Below, in pieces: positions 38,442-47,647 of a stretch of DNA of 64,000 nt; the stretch's first letter is position 1, and every line of letters begins with the position of its first letter. The DNA is taken from positions 13,808-77,807 of the forward strand of contig JAGAFU010000028.1 of the NCBI GenBank assembly GCA_017627955.1. Direction: 5' to 3'. The translations under genes and the position numbers were made by a program. The notes beneath the pieces were generated by a model that was not told where the DNA came from, ran no database searches, and worked only from the letters and a program-made list of their open reading frames with translations. The stretch is from Bacteroidales bacterium. GTDB taxonomy: Bacteria; Bacteroidota; Bacteroidia; Bacteroidales; UBA932.

Positions 38442-39269
38442 ATGAAGATCGCTATTTACACCAGGGATGAATCGGCTCTGTCCGAGCCGAGATTCCGGTC
38501 CATGTCGGACAGACTGGCCTCGGAGGGCTTCTCTTTGTACAATATAAAGGCAGCGTCAGATATCCTGGAAGGGACCGGAATGGTCCTGAGCGCCGGGGGA
38601 GACGGCACATTCCTGTCCGCCTCGAAGCGTGTCGGAGATTCGGGTATCCCTGTGCTGGGGGTTAATATGGGCCGGGTAGGTTTTCTTTCCGAGTATAGTC
38701 CTGAAGAGGCGTGCGAGGCCTTGATCAAAGGGACTTATAGCCTTGAGGACAGGGCCCTTCTTGAGACACGTGTGGATGGTGAGATGATCGGTACCGACTC
38801 GTCTTTCTGGCCATATACCCTGAACGAGATCTCAGTTTTGAGAGGAGGAGCCTCGATCCTTGGGGTGGATGTCTCTCTCGACGGGAATCCTCTTCCCACA
38901 TACTGGGCTGATGGCCTGCTGGTCTCCACAAGCTCCGGCTCCACCGCATATTCCCTGAGCGTCGGCGGCCCGATCTGTGTCCCGGACGCCAAGGTGATCA
39001 TCATAGCTCCAATAGCCCCGCATAACTTGAATGTCCGTCCGCTGGTCGTTCCCGACACGACTGTCGTCTCCATTTCGATGAGGTCCAGGGACAAGGTCGT
39101 GGCGATGTCCATGGACAACCGCAACGTCAGGCTGTCCTCGGACGCTTCCCTTGAAGTCAAGGTGGCACAATTTTCGCTGAAACGAGTGAGGCTTGAAAAG
39201 TCGAGTTTCATCAAGGCCCTGACGACCAAGTTGTTTTGGGGCGAAGACATCAGGAATGGAGGCATTTGA
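38442..39269 (+). CDS. nadK: NAD kinase
   Basis: GGDGTFL, NMGRVGFL, TLNE, DGLLVSTSSGSTAYSLSVGGP and PIAPH motifs; ATG at 38442. Confidence 0.92.
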   Translation: MKIAIYTRDESALSEPRFRSMSDRLASEGFSLYNIKAASDILEGTGMVLSAGGDGTFLSASKRVGDSGIPVLGVNMGRVGFLSEYSPEEACEALIKGTYSLEDRALLETRVDGEMIGTDSSFWPYTLNEISVLRGGASILGVDVSLDGNPLPTYWADGLLVSTSSGSTAYSLSVGGPICVPDAKVIIIAPIAPHNLNVRPLVVPDTTVVSISMRSRDKVVAMSMDNRNVRLSSDASLEVKVAQFSLKRVRLEKSSFIKALTTKLFWGEDIRNGGI

Positions 39270-39999
39270 CAGTAATATCAGTAAAGACAGGGTCCCGACC
39301 CATGTTTCCATCATCATGGATGGAAACGGCCGATGGGCTGAGCAAAGAGGCCATGAGAGGGTTTATGGCCATAAACATGGTGTAGAGAGTGTCCGGGCCT
39401 GCGTCGAGGCATCCGTTGAGGCGGGGGTCAGGTATCTTTCCTTGTTCGCGTTCTCGTCGGAGAACTGGGGACGTCCCGAAGCGGAGGTCAGCACTTTGAT
39501 GCGGCTGATGTTCAAGGCGATCGCGGATGAGATCGAGTCCCTCAAAAAGAACAGGGTCCGCTTCAGGGTTCTGGGAGATTTCAGCCGGCTGGATCCGGCT
39601 TTGGTTGAGGCCATCCGCTCGGCGGAGGAGTTCACCGATCCGGGACCTGGCGAGGAGCCCGCTCTGGATCTCATAGTTTTCCTCAGCTATAGCGGCAAAT
39701 GGGACATTCTCCAGGCCGCGAGGAGGATCGTTCGTGAATATTCCGCTTCTCCAGAAGCCATTGACAGTCTTGATGACGCGGCTTTTTCTTCACGGCTGGT
39801 CACTGCCGGGATTCCGGATCCGGACCTCATTATCCGCACCTCCGGGGAGAGCCGCCTGAGCAACTATCTCCTATGGCAGGCCGCCTATTCCGAATTCCTT
39901 TTCGTGGACACCTTGTGGCCTGATTTCGGAAAGAAGGAATTCTTCTCCGCCCTTGAAGAATTCTCAAAGAGGGATCGCAGGTATGGAAAAGTCAAATAA
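39256..39999 (+). CDS. uppS: Undecaprenyl diphosphate synthase (cis-prenyltransferase)
   Basis: IIMDGNGRWA, FSSENWGRP and DLIIRTSGESRLSNYLLWQ motifs. Confidence 0.95.
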   Translation: MEAFDSNISKDRVPTHVSIIMDGNGRWAEQRGHERVYGHKHGVESVRACVEASVEAGVRYLSLFAFSSENWGRPEAEVSTLMRLMFKAIADEIESLKKNRVRFRVLGDFSRLDPALVEAIRSAEEFTDPGPGEEPALDLIVFLSYSGKWDILQAARRIVREYSASPEAIDSLDDAAFSSRLVTAGIPDPDLIIRTSGESRLSNYLLWQAAYSEFLFVDTLWPDFGKKEFFSALEEFSKRDRRYGKVK

Positions 40000-40026
40000 A
40001 CGCCGTATATTTGCAAACTTGTTTCA

Positions 40027-42639
40027 ATGAATTCTGTTTCGATGAGAATATATCGTCTCTTGTGTGTCATGCTACTGTCGATGGCCGCCACTGTGGCCCT
40101 CGCCCAGGAGCCGGTCACTTCTTCTGACCCTGTGGAAGTCGATTACGAACAGCCAAGGACCTACATTATCGGTGGTATTGCCGTCGATGGCAACACCCAT
40201 TTCGGTGAGCAGCAGATCATTTCCCTGACTGGTCTGCAGAAGGGAATGAGCGTCACGGTGCCGAGTGACGAGATGTCTTCGGTCGTGACAAGGCTCTGGG
40301 CCCAGAGGTATTTCGAGGATGTGTCCCTGGTGATCGATCATCTGAATGCCGCAGGGGACTCCGCATGGTTCAAAATCGTCATCAAGGAAAGGCCGAGGGT
40401 CTCTCGCTGGCTTTACACCGGGGTCAAGAAGAATGAGCAGAAAGACCTTGAGGAGCGTTTGCACCTGCGCAGGGGCGGTGAGTTTTCCGATTATGTGGCT
40501 TCCACATCCGTCGGAATCATCAAGAGATACTATGCGGAAAAGGGATTCCTGAATTGCGACGTTGATGTCCAGACTCAGAAGGATTCTATCATCAAGAATG
40601 CGATCAGGGTCAATTTCGCCGTTGACAAAGGTGAGAAGATAAGGATCCGCGACATCAATTTCGAGGGTAACGAAGGAGTCTCTGATTTCAAACTCGCCAG
40701 GTCGATGAAGAAGACCAAGGCGAAAAAGATCTACAACTTCTTCAACAGCAAGAAATTCAACGAGAAAGAATATCCGACCGACAAGAGGAACTTGATCAGC
40801 AAGTTCAATGAGGCCGGTTACCGTGACGCCCGTATCCTCAAGGATTCCATTTATTATGTGGAGCCGGATCGTCTCGGGATAGACTTCAAGTTTGACCAAG
40901 GCAAGAAGTACTATTTCCGTAATGTCACTTGGACCGGTAATTCTGTCTATTCCTCAGACCAGCTCAACCAGATCCTGCAGATCAAGAAAGGAGATCCCTA
41001 TGATGTCGTGACCATGCAGAAAAGGTTGGTCGGCGGAGGCAAGCAGACTGATTACGACGTGTCGAAACTGTACCGTGACAACGGCTATCTCTTTTTCCAG
41101 GTGACTCCTGTCGAGCTGAACATCGCCGGTGACTCGGTTGATGTCGAGATGAGAATCTCCGAGGGCAGGCAGGCGACATTGAACAATATCATCATCAATG
41201 GCAATGATCTGACAAGTGAGAAGGTCGTCCGCAGGCAGATTTACACGAAGCCTGGCTACCTCTTCAGCCAGACCAATTTCGAGAGGTCCATCAGGGAGAT
41301 CGCTTCTTTGGGACAGTTCGATCCTGAGGCCATTTCAGGCGAGGGCGGATATTCGATCCTTCCCAACCAGCTCAATAACACGGTCGACATTGTCTATAAC
41401 GTGACCGAGAAGCCTTCCAGCCAGCTGGAGCTGTCCGGAGGTTGGGGTATGAATACCTTTGTCGCCACTGTCGGTGTCAGTTTCAACAACTTCTCCACCC
41501 GCAGGATGTTTGACAAGAACGCGTGGCGTCCAGTACCGCTGGGAGACGCGCAGAACCTTTCTCTCCGCTTCCAGACCAACGGAACTTATTACACGTCACT
41601 TATTTTCAGCTTCACTGAGCCTTGGTTGACCCAGAAGAAGCCCACATCCCTGAATCTTCAAGCCTACTATACCCGCCAGACCGACTCGTATCTTGCCATC
41701 GGCCTCCTGAGCAATGACAAGGTCATGCAGATTTACGGTTTCGCCGGCGGAATCGGTACCCGCCTCAAGTGGCCGGATGACTATTTCGTCCTTTACAATG
41801 GCTTGAGCTGGCAGGTTTATGACCTCAAGAACTGGATCAACGGCTACTTCATGTTCAACGACGGAACTTCCCACAACTTGAGCTATACCGCTAGCCTGAC
41901 CAGAACCTCCACGGACCAGCAGATCTATCCCAGAAGGGGTTCCTCATTCTCGGCCAGCCTCCAGCTTACTCCTCCGTACTCGTTGTTCAGAAAGAAGGAC
42001 TTCGGCAATCTTGACGACGCCGGGAATCCCAAGAAGGTGGCCAGTTACAAGGACCTCAACTACGACACATGGTCTTCCGCTGACAGATACAAGTGGATCG
42101 AGTACCACAAGTGGAAATTCAATGCGGAGACTTACACCAAGGTCTGGAAGGACTTGGTAATCATGGGACGCGCCCAGTTCGGCTATCTCGGCTACTACAA
42201 CCGCAAGTGGGGATACTCTCCGTTCGAAGGCTTCAGGGTCGGTGGAGACGGAATGTCGGGATATGACTCTTATGGCTCTGACATCATTCCTTTAAGGGGA
42301 TATGAGAACTATTCCCTGACGCCATGGGAAGCGACACCGTACAACACTAATGGCTATTACGCTGGTAATGTCTACGACAAGTTCACTATCGAGGCCCGTT
42401 ATCCGGTGATTCTCCAACCTCAATCAACGATCTTCGTGCTCGCCTTCCTGGAAGGAGGAAACTGCTGGTCGGACATCAAGAGTTTCAACCCTCTCCAGAT
42501 CAAGCGTTCCGCTGGTGTGGGTGTCCGTGTGTTCCTCCCGATGATCGGTCTGCTCGGTGTTGACTGGGGGTATGGCTTCGACAATCCGGAGAAGAACAAC
42601 AGGAGCCAGTTCCACTTCATGATAGGACAGCAGTTCTGA
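40027..42639 (+). CDS. bamA: Outer membrane protein assembly factor BamA
   Basis: Signal peptide, POTRA repeats, lid-loop LRGYE, C-terminal beta-signal FHFMIGQQF; follows uppS. Confidence 0.92.
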   Translation: MNSVSMRIYRLLCVMLLSMAATVALAQEPVTSSDPVEVDYEQPRTYIIGGIAVDGNTHFGEQQIISLTGLQKGMSVTVPSDEMSSVVTRLWAQRYFEDVSLVIDHLNAAGDSAWFKIVIKERPRVSRWLYTGVKKNEQKDLEERLHLRRGGEFSDYVASTSVGIIKRYYAEKGFLNCDVDVQTQKDSIIKNAIRVNFAVDKGEKIRIRDINFEGNEGVSDFKLARSMKKTKAKKIYNFFNSKKFNEKEYPTDKRNLISKFNEAGYRDARILKDSIYYVEPDRLGIDFKFDQGKKYYFRNVTWTGNSVYSSDQLNQILQIKKGDPYDVVTMQKRLVGGGKQTDYDVSKLYRDNGYLFFQVTPVELNIAGDSVDVEMRISEGRQATLNNIIINGNDLTSEKVVRRQIYTKPGYLFSQTNFERSIREIASLGQFDPEAISGEGGYSILPNQLNNTVDIVYNVTEKPSSQLELSGGWGMNTFVATVGVSFNNFSTRRMFDKNAWRPVPLGDAQNLSLRFQTNGTYYTSLIFSFTEPWLTQKKPTSLNLQAYYTRQTDSYLAIGLLSNDKVMQIYGFAGGIGTRLKWPDDYFVLYNGLSWQVYDLKNWINGYFMFNDGTSHNLSYTASLTRTSTDQQIYPRRGSSFSASLQLTPPYSLFRKKDFGNLDDAGNPKKVASYKDLNYDTWSSADRYKWIEYHKWKFNAETYTKVWKDLVIMGRAQFGYLGYYNRKWGYSPFEGFRVGGDGMSGYDSYGSDIIPLRGYENYSLTPWEATPYNTNGYYAGNVYDKFTIEARYPVILQPQSTIFVLAFLEGGNCWSDIKSFNPLQIKRSAGVGVRVFLPMIGLLGVDWGYGFDNPEKNNRSQFHFMIGQQF

Positions 42640-42714
42640 TATTCATTTTTATTTTTAAATTTGCACAATCTTTGTAAAACCCTTATTCGGAAAACTGATA
42701 AAATTGAATTTGAT

Positions 42715-43269
42715 ATGAAAAAGATCTTTTTGTTTGCCGCTATGGCATTGTTCACCCTTACGGCTTCCGCCCAGGTGAAATTCGCCTACGTCAATTTCAA
42801 TGAGCTTGTCATGCTTGCTCCCGAGGCTGATGCCGCCAGGGCTCAGATGCAGGCCGCTCAGAAAGAGGCTGGGGACACCTACCAGAGCATGGTGGACGAG
42901 GCTAACGCCAAGTTCAACGAGTACCAGCAGAAGCAGGCCACGTGGACTCCTGCCATCAAGGAGAGCAAGGAGAAGGAGCTTACTGAGATCCAGAACAGGA
43001 TCCAGGAGTTCCAGCAGTCTATCAGCGTCGAGCTTCAGCAGCAGCAGGCCCAGCTGATGGAACCTATCCAGAAGAAGGCCCAGGAGGTCGTCGAGAAACT
43101 TGCCAAGGCAGGCGGTTATCTCCTTGTTTTCGACACGAACCAGTTCTACTATGTGGACAAGTCGCAGTGCAAGGATCTTACCGCTGATGCCAGGAAAGAA
43201 CTCAACATCCCTGCCGGAAAGACTCTTGAGTCCCTGCAGGCGGAACTTCAGGCACAACAGCAGCAGTAA
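42715..43269 (+). CDS. skp: OmpH/Skp periplasmic chaperone
   Basis: Signal peptide ASA-Q, KFAYVN, Gln-rich coiled coil; after bamA. ATG at 42715 preferred because TTG at 42661 overlaps a TAAATTTG promoter element. Confidence 0.88.
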   Translation: MKKIFLFAAMALFTLTASAQVKFAYVNFNELVMLAPEADAARAQMQAAQKEAGDTYQSMVDEANAKFNEYQQKQATWTPAIKESKEKELTEIQNRIQEFQQSISVELQQQQAQLMEPIQKKAQEVVEKLAKAGGYLLVFDTNQFYYVDKSQCKDLTADARKELNIPAGKTLESLQAELQAQQQQ

Positions 43270-43292
43270 ACACGTGGTACATACCAATATTG

Positions 43293-43323
43293 AAAGACAG
43301 GACAAAAATCCTGTCTTTTTCTT
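43293..43323 (+). terminator. Intrinsic terminator after skp
   Basis: AAAGACAGGA-CAAAAA-TCCTGTCTTT followed by a T run. Confidence 0.85.
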
Positions 43324-43406
43324 TTAATTTGTTGCGTTTTCCCTATTTAATCTTTACATTTGCGACACATATAGCTAGAATTTTTTATTATTTGAAATAA
43401 CCGATC

Positions 43407-44750
43407 ATGAAAACCACAGAGATCATGGCCCGTCTCCAGGCCAAGTACCCTACAGAGAAAGAATATCTCCAGGCGGTACAGGAGGTTCTTGAGTCCATCG
43501 AGGAGGTCTACAACCAGCATCCCGAGTTCGAGAAAGCCAAGATAGTCGAGAGGCTTGTCGAGCCCGACAGGATTTTCACTTTCCGTGTCACATGGATTGA
43601 TGACAATGGCGAGGTCCAGACTAACCTGGGATACCGCGTCCAGTTCAACAGCGCCATCGGACCGTACAAGGGAGGTCTCCGTTTCCACAAGGCTGTTACT
43701 CCTTCCATGCTTAAGTTCCTTGGATTCGAGCAGACATTCAAGAACGCCCTTACCACCCTTCCTATGGGTGGAGCGAAAGGTGGCTCGGACTTCGATCCCG
43801 TGGGCAAGTCCAACGCTGAGATCATGCGTTTCTGCCAGGCTTTCATGCTTGAGCTCTGGCGCTGCATAGGTCCTGACCAGGACATCCCCGCCGGAGATGT
43901 GGGTGTCGGTGGCCGTGAGATCGGATTCCTGAACGGAATGTACCAGAAGCTTGCCCGTCAGTATCATACCGGTGTTCTTACTGGTAAGGGTGCCACTTGG
44001 GGAGGCTCTATCCTTCGTCCCGAGGCTACCGGTTTCGGTGCCCTTTATTTCACCCAGCATCTTCTCGAGAAGGCTGGCAAGGACATCGTCGGCAAGAAGG
44101 TCGCCCTCTCCGGTTTCGGTAATGTCGCATGGGGCGCCGCCACCAAGGCTCGTGAGCTCGGCGCGAAGGTCGTCGCGATCTCCGGACCTGACGGCGTCTG
44201 CCATATTCCTGAGGGCATAACTCCGGAAATGATTGATTATATGCTTGATATGCGCGCTTCCAACCGTAACAAGGTTGAGGATATGGCTGTCAAGTTCCCG
44301 GACAAGGCTGTCTTTACCCCTGGCAAGAAGGCTTGGAGCATCCCTGTCGACATCGCGCTCCCTTGCGCGTTCCAGAATGAGCTCAGTGAGGATGACGCCA
44401 AAGAGCTCGTGGCTAATGGTTGCTGGTGCTGCTGCGAGGTTTCCAACATGGGTTGCCAGCCTGGCGCTATCCACTATTTCCAGAACAACGGGATTCTTTT
44501 CGCTCCCGGAAAGGCTGTCAATGCCGGTGGCGTCGCCACTTCCGGCCTTGAGATGACCCAGAACGCCGCCCACATCAGCTGGTCGGCCCAGGAGGTTGAT
44601 GACAAGCTCCACTGGATCATGCAGAGCATCCACGAGCAGTGTGTCAAGTACGGGACTCGTCCTGACGGCACTGTGGACTATGTCAAGGGTGCCAATATCG
44701 CCGGCTTCATGAAGGTCGCCCAGGCCATGCTTGAGCAGGGCGTGATCTAG
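43407..44750 (+). CDS. gdhA: NADP-specific glutamate dehydrogenase
   Basis: GPYKGGLRFH, GGAKGGSDFDP, DIPAGDVGVG, RPEATG, SGFGNV and KAVNAGGV motifs. Confidence 0.95.
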   Translation: MKTTEIMARLQAKYPTEKEYLQAVQEVLESIEEVYNQHPEFEKAKIVERLVEPDRIFTFRVTWIDDNGEVQTNLGYRVQFNSAIGPYKGGLRFHKAVTPSMLKFLGFEQTFKNALTTLPMGGAKGGSDFDPVGKSNAEIMRFCQAFMLELWRCIGPDQDIPAGDVGVGGREIGFLNGMYQKLARQYHTGVLTGKGATWGGSILRPEATGFGALYFTQHLLEKAGKDIVGKKVALSGFGNVAWGAATKARELGAKVVAISGPDGVCHIPEGITPEMIDYMLDMRASNRNKVEDMAVKFPDKAVFTPGKKAWSIPVDIALPCAFQNELSEDDAKELVANGCWCCCEVSNMGCQPGAIHYFQNNGILFAPGKAVNAGGVATSGLEMTQNAAHISWSAQEVDDKLHWIMQSIHEQCVKYGTRPDGTVDYVKGANIAGFMKVAQAMLEQGVI

Positions 44751-44768
44751 GTCGTCTTTTATTGCTGC

Positions 44769-44806
44769 AAACAGGCGGATCGGGAAACCGATTTGCCTGT
44801 TTTTTA
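44769..44806 (+). terminator. Intrinsic terminator after gdhA
   Basis: AAACAGGCGGATCGG-GAAA-CCGATTTGCCTGTTT followed by a T run. Confidence 0.88.
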
Positions 44807-44871
44807 TTTAATAATGATTATCTTTGCAAGTTATAAGAAAGATTATTAGTAAATAAACAATATTATTTGAG

Positions 44872-46344
44872 ATGGCTGAAACGACAATTGAAACAGCTGG
44901 GAAGAAGAAGCTCAATGTGAAATATTGCGTTCTTCTTCCGATCGTCCTCATCGTCACGCTCTTTCTCTGGTGCGTGCCGGTCTCTTTCTATGGCATAGAT
45001 GCTCTCACGGTGACCCAGCAGCGAGTCATCGCGCTGTTCGCATTTGCCGCTCTCATGTGGATTTTCGAGATCATTCCAAACTGGACGACGTCACTTCTTG
45101 TGATAGTCATAGCCCTTTTGACAGTCTCGGATAAAGGTCTGGGATTCTTGTGTGACCAGAAGTTCGGGCAGCTCGTCAACTTCAAGACGATCATGGCCTC
45201 GTTCGCCGATCCGGTTGTCATGCTTTTCATGGGCGGCTTCGTGCTCGCTATCATGGCCGAGAAATATGGCCTCGATGTCACCATGGGAAGGGCGCTGCTC
45301 GGAATATTCGGGACAAAGCCGAAGACCGTCCTTCTGGGCTTTCTCATCGTTATTTCCGTCTTCTCGATGTTCATGAGCAACACCGCCACGGCGGCCATGA
45401 TGCTCGCGTTCCTGGCTCCGGTCCTTTCGACCCTCCCCTCGGACGATAGAGGAAAGGTGGGACTGGCGTTGTCTATCCCGATCGCGGCCAATCTTGGAGG
45501 AATCGGTACTCCTATCGGAACCCCTCCCAACGCGACTGCCGTGCGTTTTCTTGCCGAGGCCAACGCCGAGATCTCTTTCATGGACTGGATGGTCCACATG
45601 ATCCCTTATGTGATCATCATGATCCTGGTCGCATGGTTCCTCCTCCAGTGGTTCTTTCCGTTCAAGACCCAAAAGCTTGTGCTTGAGATCCCTGCCAGCA
45701 AGAAAGAAAAGAACTGGAAGTCGACTGTCGTGTGGGTCACGTTCATAGGCACCATCCTTCTTTGGATGACCGAGAGCATCACCAAGATCAATTCCAATAT
45801 CGTGGCTTTGATCCCTCTGGGTGTCCTCACCGCTTGCGGAATATTCACGAAAGAAGACATCAAGGAGATCAACTGGAGCGTGCTCTGGCTTGTCGCCGGT
45901 GGCTTTGCCCTTGGTACCTGTCTCCAGGGTACCGGCCTCGCCAAGGTTTTGATCACCTCGATTCCTTTCGGATCGATGTCGGTCGTGCTGGTTCTCATAG
46001 TCGCTGGACTTGTCTGCTACTTCCTCTCAAACTTCATTAGCAATTCCGCCACCGCGGCATTGTTGATCCCTATCCTGATCGTCGTGGCTGAAGGCATGGC
46101 TGACCCTGCCGCTGCCAATAACGCCGAGTTCCTGGCTTTGGGCGGATCAAGGGCAATGATCGTGTTCATCGCATGCTGCGCGTCCATCGCCATGCTCTTC
46201 CCGATCTCAACTCCTCCGAATGCTATCGCCGCGTCAACAGGTCTTGTCGAGACCAAGGATATGGCTAAAGTAGGTATCATAGTCGGAGTCGTCGGCTTCG
46301 TGTTCGGCTTCCTCTGGCTCACAAAAATTTTCCCCTTCGCATAA
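44872..46344 (+). CDS. DASS/SLC13 family di-/tricarboxylate:cation symporter
   Basis: MSNTATAAM, GIGTPIGTPPN, FISNSATA and PISTPPNAI motifs; multi-pass hydrophobic. Confidence 0.9.
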   Translation: MAETTIETAGKKKLNVKYCVLLPIVLIVTLFLWCVPVSFYGIDALTVTQQRVIALFAFAALMWIFEIIPNWTTSLLVIVIALLTVSDKGLGFLCDQKFGQLVNFKTIMASFADPVVMLFMGGFVLAIMAEKYGLDVTMGRALLGIFGTKPKTVLLGFLIVISVFSMFMSNTATAAMMLAFLAPVLSTLPSDDRGKVGLALSIPIAANLGGIGTPIGTPPNATAVRFLAEANAEISFMDWMVHMIPYVIIMILVAWFLLQWFFPFKTQKLVLEIPASKKEKNWKSTVVWVTFIGTILLWMTESITKINSNIVALIPLGVLTACGIFTKEDIKEINWSVLWLVAGGFALGTCLQGTGLAKVLITSIPFGSMSVVLVLIVAGLVCYFLSNFISNSATAALLIPILIVVAEGMADPAAANNAEFLALGGSRAMIVFIACCASIAMLFPISTPPNAIAASTGLVETKDMAKVGIIVGVVGFVFGFLWLTKIFPFA

Positions 46345-46352
46345 ATCAAGTT

Positions 46353-47624
46353 ATGAAAAAATCTTTTTTAGCAGCGGTCGCTCTCATTATTTGCGCCTCT
46401 TTGGCCGCCCAGGAGAAACCCGCCACAATCAAATTATACGGATTCATCCGTAATTATTTCGCTTTCGACACCCGTGAGAGTGTGTCCGGGACAGAGGATT
46501 TCTTTTATTATGTCCCTAAGGACCAGAACGTGGTTGATGGGGTGGACCTGAATGCCCAGCCGTCCTTCCGTTTCGCCGCCCTCACAACAAGGCTTGGTGT
46601 TGATGTCAAGGATTATGAGTTCGACGGCTTCAAGATCGGAGCAAAGATCGAAACTGATTTCTACAGTGGAGTTTCCGGAGTGACCGGTACGGCGCAGCTG
46701 CGTCTCCGCCAGGCCTACGCCACGATCGGCAAGGGCGACTGGCAGGTGACAGCCGGTCAGGCATGGCATCCGATGGCCGCGGACATGCCCGATGTGTTTT
46801 CCCTCAATACGGGTGCTCCTTTCGGACCGTTCTCCCGTACTCCCCAGGTCAAATTTGACTTGAGCTTTAGCAAATCACTGTCGCTGACCGCCGCCGCTCT
46901 TTGGCAGATGCAATACACATCGGCAGGCCCCGGTGGAGCTTCGGCCAACTATATCAAGTATGGAATGACTCCCGAGGCGTATTTGGGCTTCAACCTGACC
47001 ACAGGCGGATTCACCGCCCGTCTTGGTGGCGATCTCCTTTCGATCAAGCCTCGTTGGAACGATGGGACTAAGAAAGTCAGTGACCGCATCACGACCATCT
47101 CTCCTTTCCTTTTCCTCCAGTACAAGAGCGGATTGTTCTCTGCCAAGCTCAAGACCATCATGGCACAGGCTGGTGAGCACATGAACCTCAATGGCGGTTA
47201 TGGAATATCCGCGAAGAATGAAGACGGCAGCTACAAGTACACTCCTTCGCAGAACTCATCGACATGGGTGAGCCTCATGTACGGCAAGAAGACCCAGTGG
47301 ATCCTCTTCGGTGGCTTCGTGAAGAACTTCGGAACCATCGAGCAGCTCTACGGTTTCAAGAATGGCTATGCTCCCGCCGAGTATCTTTATTTCAGCAAGA
47401 ACAGCTTCTCGAACATGAACATGATGTGGAGAGTCACTCCTACCATCATTCACAACATCGGGAAGTTCTCACTCGGACTCGAGTATGAGCTCACGAGCGT
47501 CCAGTATGGAGATTACAAGACAGTTGGAGGTGTAAAGTGCCTGGGCAATTACGGTATCGCCGAGGATAACCTTCACTGGATTACGAACCACAGGGTCCAG
47601 GCCCTTGTCAAATTCTCATTCTGA
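46353..47624 (+). CDS. Outer-membrane porin, DcaP-like
   Basis: Signal peptide; TTRLG, KIETDF, LRLRQAY, GQAWHP and RTPQV motifs; alternating beta-strands; terminal Phe. Confidence 0.7.
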   Translation: MKKSFLAAVALIICASLAAQEKPATIKLYGFIRNYFAFDTRESVSGTEDFFYYVPKDQNVVDGVDLNAQPSFRFAALTTRLGVDVKDYEFDGFKIGAKIETDFYSGVSGVTGTAQLRLRQAYATIGKGDWQVTAGQAWHPMAADMPDVFSLNTGAPFGPFSRTPQVKFDLSFSKSLSLTAAALWQMQYTSAGPGGASANYIKYGMTPEAYLGFNLTTGGFTARLGGDLLSIKPRWNDGTKKVSDRITTISPFLFLQYKSGLFSAKLKTIMAQAGEHMNLNGGYGISAKNEDGSYKYTPSQNSSTWVSLMYGKKTQWILFGGFVKNFGTIEQLYGFKNGYAPAEYLYFSKNSFSNMNMMWRVTPTIIHNIGKFSLGLEYELTSVQYGDYKTVGGVKCLGNYGIAEDNLHWITNHRVQALVKFSF

Positions 47625-47647
47625 CAATCAATTAATCTTAGACCGCT

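Noticed and set aside
43347-44633. 428-aa antisense ORF opposite gdhA
   Set aside because: Shadow ORF; the plus strand is an unambiguous glutamate dehydrogenase.
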